Of a DNA stretch of 64,000 nt, positions 26,803-37,491 are shown one piece after another. The position numbers and the translations under genes are program-made. The notes below the pieces were generated by a model. That model did not search any database, had not been told where the DNA came from, and was given only the letters and a program-made list of their open reading frames with translations. Positions within the stretch are counted from its first letter, which is position 1, and every line of letters starts with the position of its first letter. Source of the DNA: an uncultured Methanobrevibacter sp. (GTDB taxonomy: Archaea > Methanobacteriota > Methanobacteria > Methanobacteriales > Methanobacteriaceae); the NCBI RefSeq assembly GCF_900316895.1, contig NZ_ONER01000001.1:35500-99499 (forward strand), given 5' to 3'.

Positions 26803-29193
26803 TTAATTTAATATATCCTTGAATTCCTGAATAGCATTTTGATTATATAATTCATAATCAACATCCAAGGTTTTAACATTACCTTCCATAAATTCATAAA
26901 AACCTTGCAATATTCCTTCTTCAGAGTCATCTACCATAAATCCGTCGAATTTTCTTATCCATTGGACGCCTGTGACATCTGTAGAAATTACAGGCACATT
27001 TAATATATCAGCTTCCATAATCACCATTGACCAGCCCTCATAAAGTGAAGATGAAATATATAAATCACATCTTTTTAAAATAGGCATAGGATTTGAAATA
27101 GATTTAATAATAGTTACATTCTTCCAACAGGGCAAATCTTTTCTTAATTGTAAAAAATCCTCATATTCAAAGCCTCTGCTTCCTATAAGTATTAATTGAG
27201 TATCCGGATAATCTTTATAAAATTTATTAAAAGCCATTATCAAACGTTTAAAACCTTTTTCCGGCGTGAAACGGCCAATGCTAATGAATTTTTTACCTGA
27301 ACTGTTTAAAACATCATCCAATCCGCCGATATTATAGGTATCAATAATAGTTGTTCTATCTAAAGTTATATCTTTTTTTGATTTCTCGATGATTCCATGA
27401 TAATTCGCTATATTATGAACAACACTTACATCAATTTTATTATTAGCAATTTGCTGTATAGATTTAATTAAATCGGTTGAAACCGCAACAACATTATTAT
27501 ATTCATTATATGCTTCCCTTAAAACATATAATCTTTGATTATCTCTTGTTTTTGATTCTTGAATCATGTCACTATGAACCCAAATGTAACTCTCACAATC
27601 CATATTTTTGTATAATAAGATTACATTTTCACCATAACCATCAAAATTGATAACCTTATCAAATGAAATTCCTGGATACAATCGTTTTATCTCCCGTTTG
27701 AACATTTTATCTAATATCTTAGGATATTCAACTTCCATATCTAATCTATTATTTTCCATATAGTCATCATAAGCTTTTTGCTCATTATCTGTCAAGTTAA
27801 TTGGAGATCTGATTGGTAAAAACTTAACTTCCTTGGAAAACACGCTCAATGCTTCTTCATGATTATTAACAATATTCTTATCCCACTGCCTATACGCAAT
27901 ATAAATATTATAATTAGAAAAATCAATATTTGACAATAAACTTGTCAAGGAAGAGGTTACTCCATTTTTAAATAATGCTCCCGCAAATATTAAAATATTA
28001 GGTTTATCATTTTCAATTACTCTTTCCTTACAAACCGGTTTTCCATTAAAAATATGATTACATATATTCATCACAGCATCAGGATTATCATATTGGCAGA
28101 ATTTATTTATAAACTCCGAATCATCGTAGTTTTTACCCGAATTTAATTCATTTATTAAATCATCAATGGTTTGGACCTTGGGGAAAGGTAAATCTGAAAT
28201 AGGAATATATGTACCTCTGTAAGAGAGATAATCCTTTTCATCATAATTAAATAAGATTATTTTACGTTTTGAATTTGCAAAATCAAAAAATACGCTTGAA
28301 TAATCTGTGATTAAAACATCAGCCATATTCAAAACATCATAAATTTCATAACCTTCAGGAAATTGACAAATATTTTTGAATTTTGAAAAATCGATTTGAG
28401 ATTCGTCATATATATGAAGTTTTGCAAATAAAATCTGATTATTATTGAGTTTAGAATCTAATTCAAGCAGATAATCTTCAAGTATCCTTCCATAAGTCTC
28501 ATCATAAGCATCATTTAAAACTCCGCGAAAAGTAGGCATATAAACAAATATTTCCTTATCCTGCAAACCTAACTTTGATTTAAGCCAAGCTTCCTTAAAA
28601 AAAACACTGTTTCTTGGATATCCTTCCAGCAGTATTTTTCCACCATATAACTTGTCAATCATATATGATTTAAGCATTTTTTCCATCATATAATCATTAG
28701 GATACAACAAATAATCAGTAGATAAAAAAGGATGTTGAATATGTCCGATTTTGTGCTGTTCGGCTACATTATCAAATCCCATAAGTTTTAAAGGTGTTCC
28801 GTGCCAGGTATTAACAAATATCTGATCATCACGTTTCACATATTTATACCTAATTCCGGAATCAGTAAAAATATATTTAGCCTTTTCCATTATTTTAGTA
28901 GCTTCATCTTCTGAAGTTATAATCTTATCAATTTTTAAATTATAATTTTTCTTTAAAGCATTAATTTTTTTAACAATTTCAGGTTTAGCATGAACATATA
29001 TCTTGAAATTGCCATAATTTCCTGTTGATAACTCTTCTACGATTTTAAAAATATTACCTGTGAAATCATGACCTTCCCTAGATTCCAAATAAACCAGATT
29101 TTCATCAATTTTCTTGTAATAATTTGAATAAATTGACGAATTGGAAATACTATTAAAATTTTTCTTTTCCTTTTTATTTTGGTTAAAAAACAT
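26803..29193 (-). CDS. TagF-like glycerophosphotransferase fused to a C-terminal GT4 (group 1) glycosyltransferase
   Basis: NTWHGTPLKLMG, VYMPTFRG, ITDYSSVFFDFA, then a GT-B C-terminal region FISIGRFTPEKGFKRLI...SSLYEGWSMVIMEADILNVPVIST (E-x7-E-like). Confidence 0.85.
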   Translation of the reverse strand: MFFNQNKKEKKNFNSISNSSIYSNYYKKIDENLVYLESREGHDFTGNIFKIVEELSTGNYGNFKIYVHAKPEIVKKINALKKNYNLKIDKIITSEDEATKIMEKAKYIFTDSGIRYKYVKRDDQIFVNTWHGTPLKLMGFDNVAEQHKIGHIQHPFLSTDYLLYPNDYMMEKMLKSYMIDKLYGGKILLEGYPRNSVFFKEAWLKSKLGLQDKEIFVYMPTFRGVLNDAYDETYGRILEDYLLELDSKLNNNQILFAKLHIYDESQIDFSKFKNICQFPEGYEIYDVLNMADVLITDYSSVFFDFANSKRKIILFNYDEKDYLSYRGTYIPISDLPFPKVQTIDDLINELNSGKNYDDSEFINKFCQYDNPDAVMNICNHIFNGKPVCKERVIENDKPNILIFAGALFKNGVTSSLTSLLSNIDFSNYNIYIAYRQWDKNIVNNHEEALSVFSKEVKFLPIRSPINLTDNEQKAYDDYMENNRLDMEVEYPKILDKMFKREIKRLYPGISFDKVINFDGYGENVILLYKNMDCESYIWVHSDMIQESKTRDNQRLYVLREAYNEYNNVVAVSTDLIKSIQQIANNKIDVSVVHNIANYHGIIEKSKKDITLDRTTIIDTYNIGGLDDVLNSSGKKFISIGRFTPEKGFKRLIMAFNKFYKDYPDTQLILIGSRGFEYEDFLQLRKDLPCWKNVTIIKSISNPMPILKRCDLYISSSLYEGWSMVIMEADILNVPVISTDVTGVQWIRKFDGFMVDDSEEGILQGFYEFMEGNVKTLDVDYELYNQNAIQEFKDILN

Positions 29194-29505
29194 GAAAATA
29201 CCTGTTTAACTATAATTTAAATATTTAAAAGTAAGGTAATATTACTTAATAATAATCAATGAAATATTATCCTACTTTATTTTACTCATTTGATGTAAAT
29301 TAATAATATATTAGTAAATTTTAATATATATCTATTATCTAATAAAGAGTAATTAACCATACCAAAATAATTTATTAAGTTTTTCAAAAAATAATTTAAT
29401 CTTAATCAATATTATAATCCTAAATTAATTAATTTTGATTTTTCAGACCAATACGATTATTGGTTTTATGGCTACTCTGATATTGGCAATCGCTTTCAGA
29501 TTCTA

Positions 29506-32500
29506 TTAATCCCTAATCAATCTTGAAAATATTTTATCTGATATGTTGAATCGTGATTTTGAACCCTTATTTTTAAGCATTACCTCATTGAATATTTTTT
29601 CAGAAGAATCGCCTGATTCATATTGGTTGAATTTTTGGCGGAATTTTTGCCTGATTGCCTTGTTTTCCTTTTCAATCTCATCAATATTGACAATAGCCTG
29701 CTCCAATTCCCTTGAGGAATATACCAATGGCCCCGGCCTGTTTTCTATAATGTCAATATAAAATCCTCTGAGCTTTTCGCGATATTCCTTCAAATCATAA
29801 GTGAATAATATTATTGGCCTATCCAAATTAGCATAATCAAACATTACTGAAGAGTAATCGGTAACCAGAATATCAGACACCAGATAGAGCTCCTCAATGG
29901 AATCATATCTTGACAGATCATATACAAAATCATCATTTACGGGTGCTGTCCAATCCTTAAATGACAGGTGATGCAGTCTTAAAATCAGCACATACTCATC
30001 TGACAGGGATTTCTTCAATGACTTTAAATCCAGCATCAATTCAAATTTGTTTTTTTCTCTCCATGTCGGAGCATATAAAATTATTTTTTTATCCAAAGGC
30101 AATCCTATTTTTGATTTTAATTCATTGATGTCATTCTCGTTATTTTTGGCATAAAGCATATCAGTTCTTGGATAGCCGTAATCCAAAAACTTTTTATTGA
30201 ATCCGAAACATCTTGAGGACACATCAGATACATAATCGCTTTGAACAGTCAAGTAATCCCATCTGCCGCATTTTTTAATGAAGTCCTCTTCCTGTTTTTT
30301 TGTTTTAAAGTCGCCCGGAACATCGATTCCCAGCGTTTTTAATGGGGTTCCATGCATTGTCTGAATTTCAACCTGACCTTCCCTTTTAACATAATGGTCT
30401 GCAAAGTTAACATTGTTGACAAAGAATTTTGAAGTTGCCAGATAATAGAAATATTTTAAAGAATCTCTCCTTACTCTGATACCGTTTCCATTAATCGGAA
30501 TATGCTCATCCTTCAATGACCATATGCATTCATATTCAGGATAGTTTTCATCAATATATTCGTAAAGGTATCTTGGATTGCAGGAATACTTTGTTCCCCA
30601 CATTGACTCGAATATTATGCGCTTATTGTTAATCGGCAATCGTCTGAAGAATGAATATTCCTTTTGAGCAATTTTTTGTCTTTTTTCTTTTGTGTCTTCA
30701 CGTGAAGACCATTTTCTAACTGATTTAAGCCTTAAAGTCCAAAAGCTACTACGATATACTGAATAATCAAATGAATTATCCGAAAATGTGTTGTTGAACG
30801 ATTCAAAGATGTGCAGAGGTGTTGAAAATGATACTCCCTCAAAGTTGTATTCAACCAGAATGTCAAAAAATCCATGATAGAGATTCCTTGTGATGTTTTC
30901 ATCGCCAATATTTATCTCAAACATCAATTCATTATCATCCAACAGTTTTCCGTCATCAATATAATATATGGAATGATTTTTATTATCCTTAAAGAAAAGC
31001 TTTGCTGAAATCAACCTGTCTCCAGCCACATTTGTGGAATGCAATCTGGTTTTGAATGTGACTGTGTTTGCATTCTCGGAAATCTCCACTATCTCGGTCA
31101 GGTCCTCATATTTTCTAATATCATAATGATAATCACCCAAAGTGTTTACAATACATGACCCAAAATCAGAGTTGAAAAGCAGGAACCTTTTCCACTTATG
31201 AACCAAAGGCTCTCCATTCTCATATCGGATTTGGCACTCTTTAAACAGAAGTTTATCTATTTCAACAGAATAAACCTGACTTTTCTCATCATAAGTGAAA
31301 GGCACCTTGTACTCCCTATTAAATTGGCTTTCATCATAACATGCAAGCACATCCCCATAGTATTCAGGAGTATGGATGCATAATTTATTGTCTTCAGCAG
31401 TTATCTCTTCATAACGATGCCTGACAGGTGAGATATCAATAATCAAACATTTATTTAACTCGAATTTTGTGCAGAAATAATTATCTCCACGCATAATGGC
31501 TTTCAAATCACTTCTGTTTCTGACATTCTGCTTTGAAAATCCTATGAAGATATTGTGCACAATATCATTTCTCTTTAAAGTCAGCAAAATCCTATTTTCA
31601 CCAACCAAACTTTCATCATCCCTTATTTCAGAATAAGGAATATTGATCTTGAAACCTGAACTATTGTAGGATAAATTGTTAAATGGAATATTGAATGCAG
31701 ACATGTCATCTACTGTGATATTTTCAAAAGCAAGAGGCATCCTTTTATGGCTAGTGTCATTGACTAGCTGAAATGACATTTCCTGGTCATTGAAATCTTC
31801 AACACTTAACCCTGGAATGAAAGCGAAACCCTTAATCTCCAATCCTTTCTTTTTAAAGGACACGTCCAAAAGACTATCAACAGGTTTCATTTCTTTTATG
31901 TAGTTGTCAACAGCCAAATATCCTGTATCGGAAATTTTCTTATCGCAATCCACAACCATATGGGAATCCTTCAGATATACATTAGATGACTCCAATTCCT
32001 CAAACTCAAAATTTAACAGCTCAATGAATCGTGAATAATCATTATTCATTAGATATTCATATTTTAATTTTGTAATTTCATCCAAATAGACCAAATTGGT
32101 CAAATCCATATTATTTTCAATGAAATCCTGGAGGATAGCTATTATTTCGCCGGAGTCCTCTTTAGAAACAGATATTAATTTATCAATAAAAATCATTAAG
32201 TCTACTTTAAGCCATTTCAAGTCCTTTGCTAAAATTAGCTTCTCATCGGAAACATTTTCATCGAAAAATTCGTCCACCAATCCCATTACATGAAGCCTGT
32301 CATTTAAATTTTTGATATCTGAAGCAGTTTGGGTGATTGACTTTGATATTCCTCCCCTGACTCTCCATAAATAACAGTTTTCATAGACTACTGAAACGTT
32401 ATTGGCCAGATAATGCATAGGTATGGTTATTGGAATGTCCTCATAAAGAATTCCTTCAGGAAACTTGAAATCATGCTTTAACCAGAATTCACGTTTAATC

Positions 32501-33015
32501 AACTTATTCCACGCTGTTGTGTCATAGAAAAGCTCATGGCTTTCTGTAATGTGGGTCACTTCCTTTGTTCCGGAAAATGCGATTTCATGAATAAATGATC
32601 CCCATGTCACTCTGGAATTAAATCTCCAAACATTACCGATAGTCATATCACTATCGTTCTTAACAGCCAGATTATACATTCGTTCATAAGCTTTTGGAGG
32701 AACCCTGTCATCGGAATCAAGGAATATTATATAGTCTCCCTGAGCAAATTCACAGCCGTAATTTCTTGCATGGCCCAATCCCTGATTTTCCTCATAGACA
32801 TACTCGATATTTTCATATTTGTCTGCATATTCCTTAGCAATGACTGCACTGTCATCTGTTGAACCGTCATCCACCAGGATTATCTGGAGATTTCTCTTGT
32901 AACCATCACTTAACTCCATATTGTTTATGGTCTGACCTACAACTGAATCCAGACATTCCTCTAAAAATTCCTGAACATTATAGACAGGTATTATAACACT
33001 AACTCTAGTTTTCAA
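29506..33015 (-). CDS. Large GT2 / central unknown domain / TagF-like glycerophosphotransferase fusion (1169 aa)
   Basis: N-terminus: VSVIIPVYNVQEFLEECLDSVVGQT...VDDGSTDDS...FLDSDD. C-terminus: QTMHGTPLKTLG, LYAPTWRE, VTDYSSVMFDYA. There is no ATG near the N-terminus, so a TTG start at 33015 (AGGT upstream) is required. Confidence 0.85.
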   Translation of the reverse strand: MKTRVSVIIPVYNVQEFLEECLDSVVGQTINNMELSDGYKRNLQIILVDDGSTDDSAVIAKEYADKYENIEYVYEENQGLGHARNYGCEFAQGDYIIFLDSDDRVPPKAYERMYNLAVKNDSDMTIGNVWRFNSRVTWGSFIHEIAFSGTKEVTHITESHELFYDTTAWNKLIKREFWLKHDFKFPEGILYEDIPITIPMHYLANNVSVVYENCYLWRVRGGISKSITQTASDIKNLNDRLHVMGLVDEFFDENVSDEKLILAKDLKWLKVDLMIFIDKLISVSKEDSGEIIAILQDFIENNMDLTNLVYLDEITKLKYEYLMNNDYSRFIELLNFEFEELESSNVYLKDSHMVVDCDKKISDTGYLAVDNYIKEMKPVDSLLDVSFKKKGLEIKGFAFIPGLSVEDFNDQEMSFQLVNDTSHKRMPLAFENITVDDMSAFNIPFNNLSYNSSGFKINIPYSEIRDDESLVGENRILLTLKRNDIVHNIFIGFSKQNVRNRSDLKAIMRGDNYFCTKFELNKCLIIDISPVRHRYEEITAEDNKLCIHTPEYYGDVLACYDESQFNREYKVPFTYDEKSQVYSVEIDKLLFKECQIRYENGEPLVHKWKRFLLFNSDFGSCIVNTLGDYHYDIRKYEDLTEIVEISENANTVTFKTRLHSTNVAGDRLISAKLFFKDNKNHSIYYIDDGKLLDDNELMFEINIGDENITRNLYHGFFDILVEYNFEGVSFSTPLHIFESFNNTFSDNSFDYSVYRSSFWTLRLKSVRKWSSREDTKEKRQKIAQKEYSFFRRLPINNKRIIFESMWGTKYSCNPRYLYEYIDENYPEYECIWSLKDEHIPINGNGIRVRRDSLKYFYYLATSKFFVNNVNFADHYVKREGQVEIQTMHGTPLKTLGIDVPGDFKTKKQEEDFIKKCGRWDYLTVQSDYVSDVSSRCFGFNKKFLDYGYPRTDMLYAKNNENDINELKSKIGLPLDKKIILYAPTWREKNKFELMLDLKSLKKSLSDEYVLILRLHHLSFKDWTAPVNDDFVYDLSRYDSIEELYLVSDILVTDYSSVMFDYANLDRPIILFTYDLKEYREKLRGFYIDIIENRPGPLVYSSRELEQAIVNIDEIEKENKAIRQKFRQKFNQYESGDSSEKIFNEVMLKNKGSKSRFNISDKIFSRLIRD

Positions 33016-33131
33016 AATTATGACCTAAATAAAACTTTTCTATATCTATTTTTAAATCTAATGATATTTATATCAAACCTTAAATGATTCAACAAACATA
33101 TTTTTTAATTCAATGAAAATCTTGATTATTT

Positions 33132-33166
33132 AAAAAGGAAAATGTGTACTGCACAATCGAGTACAC
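33132..33166 (-). terminator. Hairpin plus T-rich terminator after acyltransferase gene
   Basis: Minus strand reads GTGTACT-CGATTGTGC-AGTACAC followed by ATTTTCCTTTTT, 10 nt after the stop at 33176. Confidence 0.45.
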
Positions 33167-33175
33167 AATAACAAT

Positions 33176-34258
33176 TTAATGATATCCTGACCATTTGCCC
33201 AAGTAGGGAATCTTATCAATTATAATGACAATCAGCCAGCTTAAAATGCAAACAGCAATAATTGTTGTAATCCATAAAAAGATTGCAGATGGCTTGGATA
33301 ATACTACACCAGTTAAAAGAATTCCTAAAATCAATTTAAAGGTGTTATTCATCAAATACATACCATAACTAGCTTTACTTACTGATGTGATAAATTTATT
33401 TACAATATTATTCTCTAAAAATTGTCTTATTTTTGAATATAAACCTGCAGTACTCTTATGAACATATTTTATCATTACAAATAATGAACCTGCCTGTAAT
33501 AGTTGCACAAATGCCAAATCGAGTGAAGATTTAATAATTTTTGTTTTAGTTGCTTGATAATTATGGAATAGATTATATGGCAGGTCCAGTTGCCCTCCTA
33601 TTTTTAAAAATGAAGTGATAATGAAAATTGCCAAAGCAATTGTGATGATTTTATTTACTGAAATGTCAAATTCCTTTACAGACAAATAATACCCCACCAC
33701 TACAAATGATATTGGCCCTATAAAAAAGCTTAAATCAATTGAATGAACCAAATGCAAATAAAGCATTATTTGATAAAATAAAGAACCACCCAATATTACT
33801 AAAACAAAATATTCCAATTCCTTCATGGTTGAATTTTGTATTACCTTATTTAATATAGGTATAAAGAAGTATACGCCAACAATTAACCAGAAATACCAAT
33901 TATATGAAAATGGCAAACTGAATATTTGATTTAAGTAACTTGGATCATAATAAACGCCAATTATATAAAAAACGATTCTATGGATAACTAAAAACAAAAT
34001 GAATGGGTAAATTATCCTGGTGAATCTTCTTTTAAAAAAATCCCCCAATTCAATATCCCGATTTAAAAGAAGCGCACCTGTCATCATTAAAAATACAGGA
34101 ACTGCAAAACGTGTGATTTCAGACAAACTATAAAACTTATCCCCGATTAAACCAGCATCGTGAAAAACCTGGGAAACATGCAGTATAATAATTCCCAAAA
34201 TAGCTAGAAATCTTAATGTATCATAATATTTTATTCGCTCATGTGTGTGAATAGCCAT
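33176..34258 (-). CDS. Acyltransferase family 3 integral membrane protein
   Basis: KYYDTLRFLAILGIIILHV N-terminal motif and about 10 TM segments. ATG at 34258 is preceded by GGAGA. Confidence 0.8.
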   Translation of the reverse strand: MAIHTHERIKYYDTLRFLAILGIIILHVSQVFHDAGLIGDKFYSLSEITRFAVPVFLMMTGALLLNRDIELGDFFKRRFTRIIYPFILFLVIHRIVFYIIGVYYDPSYLNQIFSLPFSYNWYFWLIVGVYFFIPILNKVIQNSTMKELEYFVLVILGGSLFYQIMLYLHLVHSIDLSFFIGPISFVVVGYYLSVKEFDISVNKIITIALAIFIITSFLKIGGQLDLPYNLFHNYQATKTKIIKSSLDLAFVQLLQAGSLFVMIKYVHKSTAGLYSKIRQFLENNIVNKFITSVSKASYGMYLMNNTFKLILGILLTGVVLSKPSAIFLWITTIIAVCILSWLIVIIIDKIPYLGKWSGYH

Positions 34259-34985
34259 AATCAATCTCCATATTTAAAACAATCCGCCTTTTAATTTAAT
34301 AATAAAATGTACGAATATTAAGGTTTAGTTTAAGAAAATACTAAATTTCCTTCTGTCAACCATCATGAACTTTCGAATTTTTGTAGCAGATATTAGAATC
34401 AATATGGAAATACTGATATTGGTCTTAAAATACTATTTTGAATCCTAGTCAAATTGTGATTTCTCAAGTTTTATCAGATTTTTGTTAATTGAATAATTAT
34501 AATGGCAGGTTCACATCATTTGCAATCAATGAAATAAAATCATTTAAGAAAATCTCATTAATTCAATGAAAAATATTTAGTTATTGTATAAAATATGTTA
34601 TAATCTTGAAAATTTATACAAAAATGTTTATAAATCAGAATTAATAGGACAATCATTAAAATTTATAACCTAATATCTTTCCATTATTGTTTGCAAACAT
34701 GTTAAACCAAGACAAAATTATATTACATATTATTTAAATCGACATATTTAAACTTTTTGATAAAATGAATTAATTGCTTAATATCGATTTATAAATTGTT
34801 ATTAATTAAATTAAATCATTTAATTAATTATAATTAATTAATATGTTTTAAGAATTGTTTATTCATTAAAATAATTGGAAATTTGAAATAATTTAATAAT
34901 GACATATATATAATAATGCTTAATTATTACATTTAATAGAAAAAGATAAATTTATTATATGAATGTTCATTTATATAAATCAATT

Positions 34986-35029
34986 AAAAAAAAAGAAAAT
35001 AGCGTACTCAAACTAAAATGTCTGAGTAC
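34986..35029 (-). terminator. Hairpin overlapping the stop codon plus T9 tract
   Basis: Minus strand reads GTACTCA-GACATTTTAGTT-TGAGTAC, then GCTATTTTCTTTTTTTTT. Confidence 0.5.
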
Positions 35030-35690
35030 CTGCTTCCGGAGACAGACTTACACTTCTAGTGTCCAATAATTTGCTTCCGGAGCCGTCATATAAATTAATT
35101 TCAGCAAAGTCCGGGAAATACTTATATGCATCCGCACTGGAAACTTCAAGATGTCCACTGGAATCAACTGTAACTGGGACCATGTTTCCATGGTTTAAAG
35201 TTGATCCGTCACGGGAGTAGAAAATTTGCAGTGTTACCTTTTCACCGGCATGTTCAGGTCCTACATATATTGAAGCATATGTCTTGTCTTCCAATTCCCC
35301 TCCGGTCGAAAAGCTTCCTCCCAAAATCGACATTGAAGTGGTTTTCGGTTTAGCCGGTGACGCCTGAGAAGCTTGAGAAGCCTGGGAGCTGGAAGTTTCT
35401 TCAGTTTGAGCCGGTTCAGCATTAGAAGCATTTTGAACCTGCTGTTGAGGCTGTGAATCATTGGTATGATTTGAATTGAATCCGTAAAGGTAAACAAAAG
35501 CCCCTGCAAGAACAACTACCACAATTGCCAGTGCAACGATAATGTATTTTGTCGTATTATCGCTACCGGATTTATTGCTCATTGAGTTAATCATACTTTC
35601 ATGACTAACTGTCTTTTTCAAAGGACTGCCACATTTTTTACAAAATTTTGCGGTATCGCTATTTTCACTATCACACTTGGGACAACGCAT
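35013..35690 (-). CDS. Zinc-ribbon membrane-anchored protein with low-complexity Ser/Gln/Ala linker
   Basis: MRCPKCDSENSDTAKFCKKCGSPL (CxxC...CxxC), one TM segment (IIVALAIVVVVLAGAFVYLYGF) and an SSSQASQASQASPAKP linker. Strong RBS GAGGTGA. Confidence 0.75.
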   Translation of the reverse strand: MRCPKCDSENSDTAKFCKKCGSPLKKTVSHESMINSMSNKSGSDNTTKYIIVALAIVVVVLAGAFVYLYGFNSNHTNDSQPQQQVQNASNAEPAQTEETSSSQASQASQASPAKPKTTSMSILGGSFSTGGELEDKTYASIYVGPEHAGEKVTLQIFYSRDGSTLNHGNMVPVTVDSSGHLEVSSADAYKYFPDFAEINLYDGSGSKLLDTRSVSLSPEAGTQTF

Positions 35691-35800
35691 TATTTTTTCA
35701 CCTCATAATCCTCTTAGATAATAATAATTTGTATACAACATTAAATAAAATTATCCATAGCAATAATGATTTAGGGCAAATGACAAAGCATTACTTCCCC

Positions 35801-36229
35801 TTATTTCAATTTTGTTCCATAAAACATTATTCTTCGAGCAATAAAATTCCAAAACAATACAATAATGGCTGCAATTATCTTAGAAATCAAATAATATAAT
35901 CCCAATACATCAGTAAACAGATATAATAAAATCTCTGTAAAAACCAAACCGATTGTACTGATAAGTATGAATAAATTAAATTCAATCAAGCGATTGTCAA
36001 TGTTTTCCTGATTGAATACCCATTTGGTGCTCATTATATAATTGACAAGTACGGAGATAATGAAGGACAAAACACCTGAAACCAAATAGTAAATTCCGCA
36101 AATGTCACTGAAGAAATACAGGAAAAAGAAATCTACAACGAATGCAGTTCCTCCTACAAAGATATATCTGAAAAACTGCAGGAAAACGTTATCTGTCTTT
36201 TCAACGAATAATTTGTCAATCAAGTTCAT
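35801..36229 (-). CDS. GtrA-family small membrane protein
   Basis: 142 aa with 4 TM segments. FFRYIFVGGTAFVVDFFFLYFF is typical of GtrA-like proteins. ATGA overlap with the upstream GT2 gene. Confidence 0.8.
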   Translation of the reverse strand: MNLIDKLFVEKTDNVFLQFFRYIFVGGTAFVVDFFFLYFFSDICGIYYLVSGVLSFIISVLVNYIMSTKWVFNQENIDNRLIEFNLFILISTIGLVFTEILLYLFTDVLGLYYLISKIIAAIIVLFWNFIARRIMFYGTKLK

Positions 36230-37158
36230 TCATCCTTTCTTTTCAATTCATTTAATATAATCAGATGATGTTCGAAGTTGTCTGCATGCTGTCTTTTCAA
36301 TACATGCAAGATCACACCTACGAAAAATGTCATGGCAGCAACCATAACCACCATTGCAATCATGATTAACGTAGGTATTTTCAAAACAAGGCCTGTGCTG
36401 AAGTATTTAATCAGTATCGGTACAAAGTGAATTCCTGCAATGACCAGTAAAATCAATGATGCAATTGAAAAGAAAAACAATGGTCTTTGATTACGGATCA
36501 ATGAAAAAATCATCCTTATAACCTTGAAACCATCCTGATAGGTATTCAGTTTTGATTCACTTCCTTCAATACGGTCCTTGTATTCAATTGGTATTTCAAC
36601 TATTTTAAAATTTTTAGTTAACGCAAAAACACTCATTTCAGTTTCAATTTCAAATTCCTTAGAAGAAATCGGGAATGATTTTACAAACTCATAGCTGAAT
36701 CCTCTCATTCCGGTCATGATATCCTTCAAGTCACTATTAAAAAAGGTATTGATAAATCTACGGACCATTTTATTTCCGGTATTATGGAATGGTCTGTCAT
36801 TTTCCTCAAAATAAGTTGAAGATAACCTGTCTCCTATTACCATGTCCGCTTTTTTATCCAGAACCAATTTTTCAAATTCCAAAGCTGCTTCAGCAGGATA
36901 GGTATCATCACCGTCAACCATAATGTAACAATCGGCATCAATGTCTCTAAACATTGCCCTTACCACATTTCCTTTTCCCTGCTTATACTCATATTTGACA
37001 ATAGCCCCTGCATTGCGGGCAATTTCATCTGTGCCGTCAGTGGAATTGTTATCATATACATAAATATCCGCATGAGGCATTACTTTTTTAAAATCCAAAA
37101 CAACCTTTTCGATTGTTGCCGATTCATTATAACATGGAACCAATATTGCTGTTTTCAT
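36226..37158 (-). CDS. GT2 polyprenyl(dolichyl)-phosphate glycosyltransferase (GtrB/DPM1/ArnC-like)
   Basis: AILVPCYNESATIEKVV...YDNNSTDGTDEIA...MVDGDDTY catalytic domain followed by two C-terminal TM helices. This is the GtrB-type architecture. Confidence 0.8.
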   Translation of the reverse strand: MKTAILVPCYNESATIEKVVLDFKKVMPHADIYVYDNNSTDGTDEIARNAGAIVKYEYKQGKGNVVRAMFRDIDADCYIMVDGDDTYPAEAALEFEKLVLDKKADMVIGDRLSSTYFEENDRPFHNTGNKMVRRFINTFFNSDLKDIMTGMRGFSYEFVKSFPISSKEFEIETEMSVFALTKNFKIVEIPIEYKDRIEGSESKLNTYQDGFKVIRMIFSLIRNQRPLFFFSIASLILLVIAGIHFVPILIKYFSTGLVLKIPTLIMIAMVVMVAAMTFFVGVILHVLKRQHADNFEHHLIILNELKRKDE

Positions 37159-37203
37159 ATCATCAACCAATAATACTATCTATAATTAAATTTAAGAAAA
37201 AAA

Positions 37204-37215
37204 TATTATATAAAC
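37204..37215 (-). promoter_or_regulatory. Candidate archaeal TATA box for the GT2-GtrA operon
   Basis: Minus strand reads TTTATATAATA about 48 nt upstream of the ATG at 37158. No experimental support. Confidence 0.3.
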
Positions 37216-37491
37216 ATTTGTTAATGTTGAAAAGTACCCTAAAAAAATATCTTTCGAAAAATCTAACAGAAATATCCAAAATTTTGATGAAATTTTTTTA
37301 AAAAATGTAAAAATTTAATTACGTTATCTACATGTCAACATCGTTCATTGTTAAAAATTCCTTATCGAATTAAATTATTGAAGAAATAATCAAGTAAAAT
37401 AACATTCCAATATAAAACGATGATTTAATGTGTAGTCAAATTAATTATTTGATAGCTTTGAAAATATGAAAAAATAGATGATTAAAATTAA

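Noticed and set aside
29447-29464. Inverted repeat accaata-cgat-tattggt downstream of the 1169-aa gene, and the adjacent 13-codon micro-ORF (MATLILAIAFRFY, 29471..29512).
   Set aside because: The hairpin is not followed by a T-tract on the relevant strand. The micro-ORF has no RBS and is too short to support.
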